A DNA stretch of 64,000 nucleotides from Octopus bimaculoides (taxonomy: Eukaryota), in contig NC_068986.1 in NCBI RefSeq assembly GCF_001194135.2, positions 106,026,617 to 106,090,616 on the forward strand, given 5' to 3'. Each line of letters begins with the position of its first letter. The stretch's first letter is position 1. Shown piece after piece: positions 1-12,244 of the stretch. The notes below the pieces were generated by a model. That model was not told where the DNA came from. It worked only from the letters and a program-made list of their open reading frames with translations, and made no database searches. Both the position numbers and the translations under genes were made by a program.

Positions 1-739
1 GTTAAAAGAAACCCGCCAGGAACAGAATACACTGCCTCACGAGCAGCTTGACAAACACAAACAGCAATTACTGTCTATGTTATATCTAACGGCGCTTAAA
101 AAGCATTAGCAACAGAAGACATAATTTCACAAGAGGTTAGACAAATACGACTACTCCCGTCTATTTTTGATTTTGATGTGATTAATACTCGGCCTATACG
201 GACTCAAATTATCTAAAAAGACTTATTGAGAGATGTGTATGGATTGATGGTACTTATGATTTGTGAGCAGGTGGGATAAAGGATTTAACGAGCCAACAAA
301 GAGCTGTAACAATAAGCTAGCACCAAACAGGATGTATTTTTAGTAACGTATGACTTCATATTTGATTTGTGTGTCACCTCTCAGAGGTGATGTTTTATGC
401 ATAGAATAGCAATTACCAATGTTTGTGCAAAATTGGCTAATTGTAATGCTTTGCTAATATTACTATATGATATACCACTATCGGCTTTCTGGTAGTTCAG
501 CTACAACGTAGTCAAAGGTTCTGCGGTTCTTTACTGTATTTTCTACATTTCAATTTGTTTTTAAGTGGCTACTCTATACAACTCCATATTTCTTTCATTT
601 CTCCTAGTGTGCTAATTGCTGGTGGTGCAAGGGCGTTGTAAGAATAGATGGAGGCACCCCAGGGTTAAGAATCCATACAGATCAAAAGTTATAAGTAAAA
701 TGAAGTGGGGACAGGATAGAAATATGTTTACAGATTCTT

Positions 740-1800
740 TTTATTTTTTTCCTTTAATCCGACCGGATAAGCATTTTTATATTTGTTACATTAAGGGACT
801 GACATTCGCATTTATTATATTAGATGATGTTACAAGAGACAAACATGGCTTCTTAAGGCTGCCACCTCTAATCTGAAACCATCTATGTTATCCATATCAG
901 CTGTATCCTACCCTTCGATGGTTTTTATAGATCACCAATCCCAAAGGTTGTAGCAAAAATGTTAGGCCAGCTGGTATCGTAGATTGTGTTATATTCAGCA
1001 ACTTGACCTTCTCTTCCACCATTTCTGTTTTTTTGTACACAAAACTAATTTAATCCTAGGATTGATTTCATTTTCAGGAAGGTCGCTGGTCTCATTCTAC
1101 ATTTCTACATGTCTTCCATCCGATGCTTATGATGACAGTGAAGCAATACTCTTGCTGACATTTTCCTACTCTTTGGTAATCCATTTCACTTAAATATCAG
1201 TATTGGTTTAAGCTTAGCCCCAACTACCTTCCATACAAATACCTCAGTAAAATGCGTCCTTTGAGGTTCTACAGTCTTCTCATCAATAACCTTCTTTCTT
1301 TTGGTCTCCACTATATCGTTTCTAGAGAGAATAACCATAAAAATTTCATGCAAATTCCCAATGAGTCTAAATTGCAAATCATTCTGCTTTCTTTGCTACA
1401 AAATATAAGTGTCAAACGAAATTACCTTTTCGTCTAAGTCACGTGATTGTTTCTGAGATATCTTGGCTTTCTGTCGCAAACTAATCGAATTTCTTACCAT
1501 AAAATGTTAAGTCCATCCATTAGAAGCGTTAAATGATGGATAAAGAGATATATTGGTAGCCTTCTATCTTATCTGTCTCAGAGTTACAATGTAATCATTT
1601 CACCTCTGATTAACGACCCGATGTAATAATTCTTTCTCCGTCTTAGGATAAAGAGCCTATTTCACCTCTACGAACCCTTTTAATTTGATATTGCTTGTAA
1701 AGATTCTTTTTATTTCCCACAATCTCATAACTTTCTCTGATACAGAAAATTTCTTTTTAGTAGCTCTGTTAGAACTGGCCTCTCTAAATTTTGCAACATA
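740..1800 (-). pseudogene. Decayed pogo/POGK-like DNA transposase (CENP-B HTH + DDE_1 region)
   Basis: Manual minus-strand translation gives FNASNGWT*HFMVRNSISLRQKAKISQKQSRDLDEKVISF...IGNLHE...THFTEV...KLKPILIFK...IPAGLTFLLQPL, matching pogo-family motifs (F.AS.GW..RF, IGNMDE, IP.GLT..LQPLD). Many stops. A possible terminus TA|CTGTATTTTC lies at about 532. Confidence 0.85.
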
Positions 1801-1923
1801 AGTTTTAAAACAGTGATATATCTTTCGTTTGAGTCATTGGATTGCGGCCATGCTGAGAAACCGCATTGAAAGGTTTCAGTCGAATCAATCTACCCCAGTA
1901 TTTTAATACTGAGTCGGTACTAA

Positions 1924-2328
1924 GGCGGTGAGCTAGCAGAAACATTAGCACGCCAGGCGAAATGCTTAGCGGTATTTCGTCTGCCGTTACGTTCTGAGTT
2001 CGAATTCCGCCGAGGTCGACTTTAAATTAAGTACCACTGGGATCGATGTTATTGACTTAATCCCTTAGTTTGTCCTTGTTTGTCCCCTCTATGTTTAGCC
2101 CCTTGTGGGCAATAAAGAAATAAGAAACGGTAGCACGCCGAGCGAAATGCTTAGCGATATTTCGTCTGCCGTTACGTTCTGAGTTCAAATTCTGCCGAGG
2201 TCGACTTTGCCTTTCATCCGTTCGGGGTCAATAAATTAAGTACCAGCTGTACGTACTGGGGCCGATCTAATTGATTGGCTCCATATCCCAAAATTTCGGG
2301 CCTTGTGCTTAGAGTAGAAAAGAATATT
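1924..2328 (+). mobile_element. tRNA-derived SINE family A (GGCGGCGAGCTGGCAGAA head; central GCCTTTCATCCTTTCGGGGTCGATAAA), dimeric copy
   Basis: The same sequence recurs more than 15 times in the window, with A-box/B-box-like head (GAGTTCAAATTCC). The central block resembles the Meta-type SINE domain (recalled, unverified). Confidence 0.85.
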
Positions 2329-2334
2329 TAGTCG

Positions 2335-2570
2335 GTACTTATCCTGTCAGTCTAACTGCCGAATCGCTAAATTATTTTCGATGTAAAGAAACTAATACCG
2401 GTTGTCAAGTGGTGCTGTGGGACAAACATAAACACTCACAACGGGACTTTCCGTCTACCAAACGGACTCACAAAGCATTGGTCGGCTCGGGGTTATAGTG
2501 GAAGACATTTGCCTAAAGTGCCGAAGGGTAGGACCGAAATCGAAATCACGTTGCTGCAAAGCAGGTCACT
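2335..2570 (-). mobile_element. SINE family C copy (CORE-like, internal microsatellite), degenerate
   Basis: Similar to 15440-15820 and 28195-28795. A further fragment lies at about 1826-1915. Confidence 0.7.
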
Positions 2571-3042
2571 TAACTTTTTCATTACTGTATTTATTTTGAG
2601 TTGCTCTCTGTTTCTTTCAATTACTTTAAATATTTTAGTAAAATAACTTAGTTATCATTAAGCTAGTGTTAGGAACATAAATTGTGACTAAGGTTTGGTG
2701 GAAGATTTTAATTCAAGACTAATGAAAACAAGACATTTGTATTACAGAGCCAGAGGTGGTTTCAGCTTGATTGGTAACGAAAGGGTTAAGAATTGTTTCT
2801 TCATTATATACTTCAACCCTTTTATTACCATATTTCAGTTGAGATGCTCTGTGTTTCTTTCAATTAATTTTAAATATAACAAAGAATTTAGCAAAATAAC
2901 TTACTTATCATTTAAGCTAGTGTTAGGAGCATAAATTGTAACTAAGGTTTGGTGGAAGATTTTAATTCAAAACTTATGGAAACAAAATATTTGTACTCAG
3001 AGCCAGAGCCGGGTTAAGCCAGCTTGGCAACGAAAAGGTTAA
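2570..3042. mobile_element. Two tandem copies of a piggyBac-like MITE (about 220-230 bp each: 2570-2789 and 2812-3042)
   Basis: Two near-identical units bounded by TTAA-C(C/T)TTT...AAAGGG-TTAA-type ends. Confidence 0.75.
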
Positions 3043-4488
3043 TCACACAGTCAAACCTACGTCATTGATAGATATTTTTCTCTTTACATCATTATTTGTC
3101 GTCATGACAACAGCTGACATAGATTAACACCTTGCCCTTTTTATAGCTATCGTTTTAAGAAATTTATCACTTGACAAACCTTTTCCTTGTCTTTCTTTTC
3201 TCCTTTGACTTTCTCTTCCTTCCTGTTTTCTTCACTTGTTTCTCTTGACTTGTTTCTTTAAAAATTTACTCTGAACCTCTTGCAGCATCCTGCTGTCAAT
3301 ATTCTTTGTTTAATTCATCACCATCCAGTTCCGCCCTCATGTACAGAATAGATCAAAAGTCACTAAAGGGTCTGAAGCGTTAATAATTTCTCTTAAATAA
3401 TGTTATTGCTTCAAAATAGTTAAAGAGCATTGGATAATGTCTTAACAGACATACGGTGTCTATGACGAAAAATTCTCTCTCGAGGCGCAGCAAAGGTCTT
3501 TCCACGTTTTAGTGTATACAGACACATGAAATACAACTGCGCGCCCATATTTTAAATAGTGCTGCTTTGTGTACCTTTAGCTAATTAATTCGAGCTTGGC
3601 AAAACTTAGCATACGTCAGAAAATTTACCATTTAAGAGCGACAGTTTTTAATAGGCTACGAACGACGAATTCGGTGTCCGCAGCTGATGAAGGGTAATGA
3701 CGTAGAAACACGTATCCGATGACGTCATTCATAGACTAGTTGTGTGTTTTTCACACGAATTGTATATAAGGAAAGCTGCTCTTCCGAGACAATTTCTGCG
3801 GCGACGGTCTTCCACATTTGAGTGTACACGAACGTGTTAAATATAATTGTCTGTGCATATATTCTTTAATGGACCATTTCTGAAAAGAATCATGGCGTTC
3901 ATGGTAGAAACACTTTTGATCATAGTTCTACTTCATTATGACTGACAAAAAGATAAAAGAAGCCAGCAATATAACTCTGAGCAAATAATCAGTACATTAT
4001 GGTGGAGACTTATCAAGTTTAATCTTTGCTTTTCTCCTTTTCTTAATAGGCCAAAGTTTAAGAAATCAAGGAATATGAAGGTTTCGTAACGGCTCCAAGC
4101 TATAGAAGTAGCAAGAAAGTGAAATGAAAAATCCTTAATTTTATTTTTACAATGCAATAATCGTATATTACCCAAAGGTAGAAAAATAGTGAAAATCTGC
4201 ATTAAATTCCAATACGAAATCTTCAGCGAATTTTGTTTTCCATAGATAATAGCTAGAATGGAAATATTGCTGATATTAATTTCTTATTAACTTAGCGTTT
4301 GCTAGATTTGTTCCATCAGAAAACTTCAAATAGAAGATATTTTCATTGCATTTACAGTTTCTTCTAACGTAGCAATGTTATTTATTTTCCAGTTAGTGTC
4401 TCATTTAAACCTCACATACACCAAAAATCGATAAACATTCCTCCCTCTCTCTTTCACTCTTTCGCCTTCTATCTGTTTCTCTTTTTCC

Positions 4489-4535
<47 letters not shown>

Positions 4536-4955
4536 AAAGCACAGAACGTTATTTTTAAACCATTTATTATTCCTTCTCATAATGTTTTTAACTGTACGGC
4601 TCCGAAAGCAAAGCGTGAAGCACATTTTGATAAGAAAAAAAATAGAATTTCACGTTAGAATATTGATAAAAACAACAACAACAATAATCCAAGATGACAA
4701 CGACAAAGACAAATATACAACAAAGAAGGTGCTGAAGTCTAAAAATTGAAACAAAGATATAAATAGCAAAGATAACCCTAGGAAAGCAACCATTGAAAAA
4801 GATTTCACTTCGCTACACATTAACACTAGTTTATACATTCCAAAGCAATTCCAGCATCACGTGCAACAACGTTAAGGAGGTGCCAGAGACTACATTTTAT
4901 AGTTTCTAATATTAAGAACAAAGTTCGGTAATGAATTACTTTATATTATTAATAA

Positions 4956-5446
4956 GGTGGCGAGTTGGTAGAAACGTTAGCACGCCGGGCGAAATGTTTA
5001 GCGGTATTTCGTCTGTCTTTACGTTCTGAGTTCAAATTCCGCCGAGGTTGACTTTACTTTTCATCCTTTCGGGGTCGGTTAAATAAGTACCAGTTACGCA
5101 CTGGAGTCGATGTAATCGACTTAATCCCTTTGTCTGTCCTTGTTTGTCCCCTCTATGTTTAGCCCCTTGTGAGCAATAAAGAAATAAATATTAAAAACAA
5201 AGTCACCTAATAGATTACTCTATATTATAAGGCGGCGAGCTGGCAGAAACGTTAGCACGCCGGGTGAAGTGTTTAGTGGTATTTCCTCTGTCTTTACGTT
5301 CTGAGTTCAAATTCCGGCGAGGTCGACTTTGACCTTTCATAATTTCGGGGTCGATAAATTAAGTACCAGTTGCGTACTAGGATCGATCAAATCGACTGGT
5401 CCCCTCCCTAAAAATTTCGGGCCTCGTGCCTAGAGTAAAAAAGAAT
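4956..5446 (+). mobile_element. Two adjacent SINE family A copies (4956-5186, 5231-5446)
   Basis: Direct similarity to the other family A copies. Confidence 0.85.
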
Positions 5447-6406
5447 CTATGCTAATAATAGACGATTGAGTTTCCTGAATAGGCTGTAAGACGTGACGAA
5501 AGTAAAACCAGTCGATTTATCCACCAGCGAGCAACATTACAATGCAATGATTCGGTCACACCTCTAACTCAGGGCGAAAATACCTAATAAAAATTGGAGA
5601 AGCTGCTCGTGTTAAAAGTTTTTTAGAAATGCTTTTTTGTCGATTGAATATACTTTTATTTTTACATCTACTTGCTGGTTGTAAGAATAGAAAAAATTGG
5701 ATTCTGTTTCTAGAACGATTAGTTATCGCTTCCTAAAGATTGAAAATAATTTGCATTCAAGCTTTGACATGATTTTTTAAAAACTTCAGTACAAGGCTAC
5801 ACATTTTAGTTGAAGGGTGTGATTGTTTTTATGGAATCTGTTTGTAGACATTTCTTTATTTGGTCTTTGAGGGTAAAAAAAAAAGAAGAAAAAACGAAGC
5901 AGATCTCGTCAGTATTTAAATCCAGAACATTAAGAGATGTGATTAAACAGTGCAAGACATTCAGTCAGGCAGTGTATCATTTCGCTTCACGCCTCCTCTC
6001 TCAACACAAGCTATATAATAATTTAATAAGGCACTACATGGCTTTTAGATCAGCCAGAAATTAAAGCAACCAAATATCATACGTTATTACCCCACCATCA
6101 TAAAATTGAAGAATGCATTAAATAATGTTCTCTAAGATATTCTGCGTCTGAAAAAGTAAAAATAGACGAGATAGTTTTGGCTGGAATATTTCTGATCATA
6201 AGTCTATTCAGTGAGAGATGTCCTGGTTGAATACCAACAACGCAAGCAATATTTAACAGTTAAATTGCCGGGGGTTAACGATTTGAATCCCATTTTTGCC
6301 GGTATCAATTTGCCGTTCATCCCTCTGGTATTGGTAAATTTTGTGCCATAGTTTGCAACACTATATATTAGAGTGATGTAGGACTGTTAATATATTGCTT
6401 GTTTAA

Positions 6407-7225
6407 GGCGCTGAGCTGGCAGAATCGTTAGCGTGCTGAACAAAGCACTTAGCGGCATTTCGTCCGTGTTTACGTTGTGAGTTCAAATTTTGCCGAGGTC
6501 AAATTTACCGTTCATCCTTTCAAGATCGATAAAATAAGTACCAATACAGCACTGGGATTCGATGTAATCGAATTGCCCACTGATCCCGTAACTGCTGGCC
6601 TTGTGCCAAAAATTGAAACCAATATACTGTTTGTGTGAAACAAGATCAATTTCACATTTTGGTCGAAGCTGGAAGATTTTATCCAACTGAATTAGCAGCC
6701 AACTCACGTGATATCTTTGCACCACGGTTTCATGGAAATGAAGGTTCGCGAAGTATCTACGTTCCTTTGACAGTCCATAGGCTGACCACAAGTGTAGCAG
6801 ATGTTAGTCCTGCAAGTTCAGCTCTTTCTGAATCATGGTGAACATGATTAGGAATATGTTCGTATAATATTCTAAAATTTTGATACAAATCCAACAATTA
6901 TTTAAGCGGAAAAGGAAATCGATTGCATCGGCTTCCGTACTTGACCGATCCTTATTTTGATCCACTCCAAAAGGATGAAAGGCAAGGCCGACTTCGGCTG
7001 ACTTAAGTTCAGAACGTAAACATTTTTCTACTCTAGGCACAAGGCTCGAAATTTTTGGGGGAGGGGGCCAGTCGATAAGATCGACCTCAGTACGCAACTG
7101 GTACTTAATTTATCGACTCCGAAAGGATAACAGGCAAAGTCGACCTCGGCTGAATTTGAACTCAGAACGTAATAGACTGGCGAAATACCGTTAAGCGTTT
7201 TGTCTGACTAGAGGTTCTGCCAGCT
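6407..7225. mobile_element. SINE family A copies: plus 6407-6620, minus dimer about 6940-7225
   Basis: Direct similarity to family A on both strands. Confidence 0.8.
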
Positions 7226-7419
7226 TGATTAGCAACATGTGGCGTTTAGCAATATATGAACCATTTCTGGGCAGCTATTTGCCGTTTTATGCTCGTTGCA
7301 GAAACGTCCCAATAACTTAAACTTTAAGTGAAATCAGTAAATAACAAAATCTGAATAGCTGACTGTGCATGTGCACAAATCAGAATTAAGTATTTTAACG
7401 AAATGCTGACCTTTTCTTT

Positions 7420-8060
7420 CTCATTTAGGCTGATGCGCTTGCTAATTAGAAAACAAAAAGTGAATCATATTCTTGATAAGATATTATAAGAAGAAAGTTG
7501 TTGATAACAACCCTATCATTTGTATCGTTCTAATTCAATGTACAATTATAAGTTAGAGAAAGACGAAATTTTGATAATCTCTTCAAAGGTTCATAAAAAA
7601 GAAAAAGATATAATCTTGAAGCTTTATCCATAGCTAAAGAAGTTAATTTCAAATTCGATAGATTTTTCATTGACAACTATTTCTGGCAAGCGTATCCTTT
7701 CCTTATCTCTTAATAACATCTTAAAGATAATATGGTGCTAGATATTTCGAACTCTAATGTTTTCTAGAAGCAGAAATCGTTCTCAAATTGTAATTTTTTT
7801 TTTCATAATATAGAAAGTAAGAAATATAACTTATCTTCTATCACGTTTATCACCTTCCTCTAATTTCCACAAGCGTCAAGTTTTTCAATTTATTTGCAAT
7901 CTCATCACATCCTCAAATCTACAAACCAATATTCCATACAATATTCTTATTTTCTTTTCAACTAGAAGCAAGCCATCATATTTCTGAGAGATGAAAGATG
8001 TAAAAAGTTGTGACATTCATGTCTTTCTGATGGAAATTAGCATTGTAGGTGAGATGAAAT
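7420..8060 (-). pseudogene. Highly decayed hAT (Buster/ZBED5-like) transposase C-terminal remnant
   Basis: Fragmentary minus-strand motifs IANN*KT*RLWK (cf. IAAF.KKL.LW) and terminal SN*QAHQPK* (cf. KQAH.SH*). Confidence 0.35.
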
Positions 8061-8202
8061 TATGGCAAATTCGTAATTGTGAAGTTGCCTCACCAAATAG
8101 TAAGAGTACAGAATCTAAATTAACGAATATATATTAAAAAAAAATAGTCATGATCATAAGGTTACCAATTTAATTAAGAGACCGGGTGGTAGGTTGTATT
8201 AA

Positions 8203-8260
8203 TGAGCAAGGTACTTCGTATCATGTTGCTTCAGCAACATGATACGAAGTACCTTGTTCA
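8203..8260. repeat. Near-perfect inverted repeat with 28-bp arms and a 2-nt spacer
   Basis: TGAGCAAGGTACTTCGTATCATGTTGCT-TC-AGCAACATGATACGAAGTACCTTGTTCA gives 27 Watson-Crick pairs plus one G-T. Confidence 0.95.
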
Positions 8261-8827
8261 CCTAGCTGCAATGAGTACCAACCGGGTGCTGATGGAGTCT
8301 TCTACATTACCATGTGGTCTTCCTATCCTGGATGTTCCGCTGGGTGAAGGGTGAGTTGACTGAGGTATCTGTGTTTGTTAGGGGTTAGATAATCCCCTAA
8401 GACAGTCAGAGAAAGCATCACACATGTTACCAAGTCATTTTACCCATCAAGTAAAGCAAGCTGTATATTTTAAACTATTTATAGTTAAGTCTAACTGCTT
8501 CTTTTTTTTGGACTTAAGAAGAGAGACTACTTGCATAAAAAAACCCACTTAAGTAAGGTATGTCCACTGGATATTACTGTCTTCGAGTCTTAGGGAGTCA
8601 TAGGGCCGATTGCCCGGATTTAATTGTGTATATATAACAGAGATCAAACATTCCGTCCCTGAACGAAACCCCATTTCATTGCACGATTACATTTGAGTGG
8701 AATGCAACAACGTAAAATAAAGGGATTTGCTTAAGAACACAATTAATCGAGTGGTCTGGGTTTCGAAACCATGCAGCTTCACGATTACATACGCGGTTAT
8801 TGCATATATAATTTGTGTTTGTATTAT

Positions 8828-9263
8828 GGCGGCGAGCTGACGGAAGCGTTAACACTCCGGGCGAAATGCTTAGCACTATTTCGTCTGCCTTTATGTTCTG
8901 AGTTCAAATTCCGCCGAGGTCGACTTTGCCTTTCATCCTTTAGGAGGTCGATAAATGAAGTACCATTTGCGTACTGAGGTCGAGCTAATCGACTGCCACA
9001 CCCCCTCTCCAAAAGTTCAAGCCTTGTGCCTAGAGTAGAAAAGATATAATCCTTTCTAGTATAAGCACAACGCTTGACATTTTGGGGGAGATGGCAAGTC
9101 AATTAGGTTGACCTTAGTACGCAACTGGTACTTATTTTATCGACCCTGAAAGGGTGAAAGGCAAAGTAGACCTCAGCGGAATTTGAACTCAGAATGCAGC
9201 GGTAGACGAAATACTGCTAAGCATTTCGCCCGGAGTGTTAACGATTCTGCCAGCTCACCGCCT
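8828..9263. mobile_element. Tail-to-tail inverted pair of SINE family A copies (plus 8828-~9040, minus ~9050-9263)
   Basis: Head GGCGGCGAGCTG at 8828 and reverse-complement head CAGCTCACCGCC ending at about 9263. Confidence 0.85.
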
Positions 9264-10559
9264 TAAGCCGCATTGAAGAATATAGCGGTAAATACTCAAT
9301 GCCTGAGAGAAGGCTTGATTCTTTATAATTAGAATGGCTTTGGCCATCTTACATCTGCTCTGTCGGGGTTGATTTGGCTCTGAACGACAGTATGCTCAAC
9401 CTTGTCTTTTATTTCCAATCCGATTCTTGTCAATGCAGTCTGCCAATTGTTGTGACTATCCCAGTAAATTTATATTCAGCTTCTTTATATTACGCTAATC
9501 TGCATAGGTTTATGCTAATTACACGTATATTTGAGCCGCAAATAAGTAACCAAAGATAAAAGGATTTAAATAAAAGGAATAATGTTCTTGCGATTTGACG
9601 ATTTGATTCACATTAATTTTGCATGTTGCAGATTCTGTATTCTCTCGTCGATTGAAAATAGCGATCTGTTAAACAAAAGGCTTCTCGACATAGACTTGGC
9701 AGAGTGACAACTCTAAAATAGCAGTGTTTGTCTCAAGTATCTGTTAATAGATTGAGAGAAAAATCAATTTTCTTATAACGTTACCTTTGTTTTTTTTACT
9801 TTCCCTCTCAAAAATTACCACTAAGAACATCGATTATGCAAAGTTCTGTATCGATGAAATCTTTAATGATTGCTTCCCAAAATACCAAAGACGATGAAGT
9901 CCTTTCTATTGCTTTTTTTCTCTCCTTATATATTTAAAATGAAGCTCTACCTCCGAGTGTACGGTTGAATGGTTGCTACTATTATTACTCAGGAAATATA
10001 CTCACACATATACACACACACTCTCCCATACACACACTCTCCCTTACTATTTATTGCTCTATATAGTTTCTTATTGAAGCTACCATTGGCTCTATTTCAG
10101 AGAAGCCATTGTTGAGCTCGAGCTGTCTCGCCGTTCATCAAGTGCAGTTAGTTGTTTACATAATGACTTCAATTTAGTCGTTTATATAACGATTTCATTT
10201 ATATATATATATATATAAGAAAATAGGTACATTTAAAGTGATAGCATACTGGCTTACTGACCGGCGAATGAACGGTTCGTATTCTCATTAGCGGTAGCAC
10301 TATTACACTGTTTTGCAATCAATGAAATACGACTTTAATAGTGCAGTTCATTTAGCTTTGAGCAAATCATCGCTTATTTAATGTGACATGCGCGACAATA
10401 GGAATCGTAATGTTTTGAGCTCATAACTCGTCTTCAAAAATATAGACTTCAGAAACTCTCGAACTGAGAAACTCACTTATCGATTTAGGAACTTTTTAAA
10501 TTCTACAAAACCTACGAACTAGTTTTCATTTCTCTAACTCAGTGCATCACTAGTTGCCT

Positions 10560-11190
10560 GGAACTCTCGCTTATATTTTCCCAGGGCCGTACATTTGTGA
10601 AGGGGAAACGTCGAGCATATCGACTGCGGTACTTAGCTGAATCTTATTATATCGCCCCTAGAAGGACGAAAGGTAGAGACGTTCTAAGCGGGATTCGAAA
10701 CTAGAAATTAAAGTGAAGCAACAAAATACAATAATTTTATGTTTGATAATTTATCGATTCTTCCAAACCCAGCGTTATTTTATTTTGTATTTTATTTTTT
10801 TTATTGTCAAGGCGACGAGCTGGTAGAAACGTTAGCACGCCGGGCGAAATATTTAGCGACATTTCTCCCGTCGCTACGTTCTCAGTTCGAATTCCGTCGA
10901 GGTCGACTTTGCATTTTATCCTTTCGGGGTCGATGATATCAGTATTAGTTACGCGTTGAGGTCGATGTAATCGACTAGTCCCCTTTTTTTCCCAAATCTT
11001 CAAGGCCTTGTACCTAGAAATGAAATAATTATTAAAATGCTTAGCGGTATTTCCTTTGACGCTTTACACTCTAATCCATCCGAGCTCAGCCTTTCCTTAT
11101 TTCCTTTTAGAGTCGATAAAATAAAGTACCAGCAATGTACGAGGGTGAATGTAATCGACTAATCCCTTCCATCTAAACTGCTTAAAAATT
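10560..11190. mobile_element. Cluster of family A SINE copies (degenerate minus ~10560-10720; plus 10810-11010; degenerate plus ~11030-11190)
   Basis: Family A head, central and tail motifs. Confidence 0.7.
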
Positions 11191-11849
11191 TGAAACAATA
11201 TAAATAATTATCAATAATCACTCTTCTTTATTGATAGCTGTTGCGTTGTTAGTGAACTAAAACCATACAGCGGGTGATTTTCAGAGAAGTTTACTTTCAA
11301 ATTATGAAAAGTAAAGTACTGTAAATTTTAAAAAATTTTAATTCTAATTAATCCAACAGAAGCTTTTTGAAGAAACGAAAACGTTTTAGGGTAAATGAGC
11401 AAATAATTATTTCTTTGTTGAAGTCAAACAGAAAAAGAAAAAGAAAGAAAACACAAAAAACTACACAAACCATTGCGTCATACATGCTTTTAATTCACCA
11501 CAGCACTTAAAGAATTCAATACGAAACATCGTTGCATTACAATGTATTCTGGCTATGAATTATTTAAACTATCTCGGGAGGGACATTATGCTAACAAAAA
11601 ATACAGGTACTAGTTCAAATTCACACTTTTAATATTTGTCAACTAATTAAGTTTTTAACCAATTAACTAATTAGTTGTTTGAGTAGGTCAATCTCTTATG
11701 TATATCAGTTAACCAGTTGTTTATCGGTACCCTCGTCACCATTCGCGACCTCTACAATTGCATGTTCTCTAACCAATTGACAAATGATAAAAAAAATAAA
11801 ACAGAACCAGCGCCTATGTTTATTATTGGCTAAATAATCCTTCCAAGAT

Positions 11850-12228
11850 GGAGGCGCAATGGCCCAGTGGTTAGGGCAGCGGACTCGCGGTCATAGGATC
11901 GCGGTTTCGATTCCCAGACCGGGCGTTGTGAGTGTTTATTGAGCGAAAACACCTAAAGCTCCACGTAGCTCCGGCAGGGGATGGTGGCAAACCCTGCTGT
12001 ACTCTTTTACCACAACTGTCTCTCACTCTTACTTGCTGTTTCTGTTTTGCCTGTAATTCAAAGAGTCAGCTTTGTCACACTGTGTCACGCTGAATCTCCC
12101 TGAGAACTACGTTAAGGGTACACGTGTCTGTAGAGTGCTCAGCCACTTGCACGTTAATTTCACGTGCAGTCTGTTCCGTTGATCGGATCAACTGGAACCC
12201 TCGACGTCGTAAGCGACGGAGTGCCAAC
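11850..12228 (+). mobile_element. Full-length tRNA-derived SINE family B (GGAGGCGCAATGGCCCAGTGG head) with TSD
   Basis: A box TGGCCCAGTGG and B box GGTTTCGATTCC. TSD AATC(C/T)TTCCAAGAT at 11836-11849 and 12229-12242. Other copies at 27067, 35673 and 48664. Confidence 0.9.
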
Positions 12229-12244
12229 AATCTTTCCAAGATAC

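Noticed and set aside
6635-6841. 68-aa plus-strand ORF between SINEs
   Set aside because: No recognisable motif and weak splice context. Worth a BLASTx, but not supportable as a feature.
11850-11930. tRNA gene calls for SINE heads (also 62466-62545 and others)
   Set aside because: A/B boxes are present, but there is no complete cloverleaf and each continues into a SINE body.
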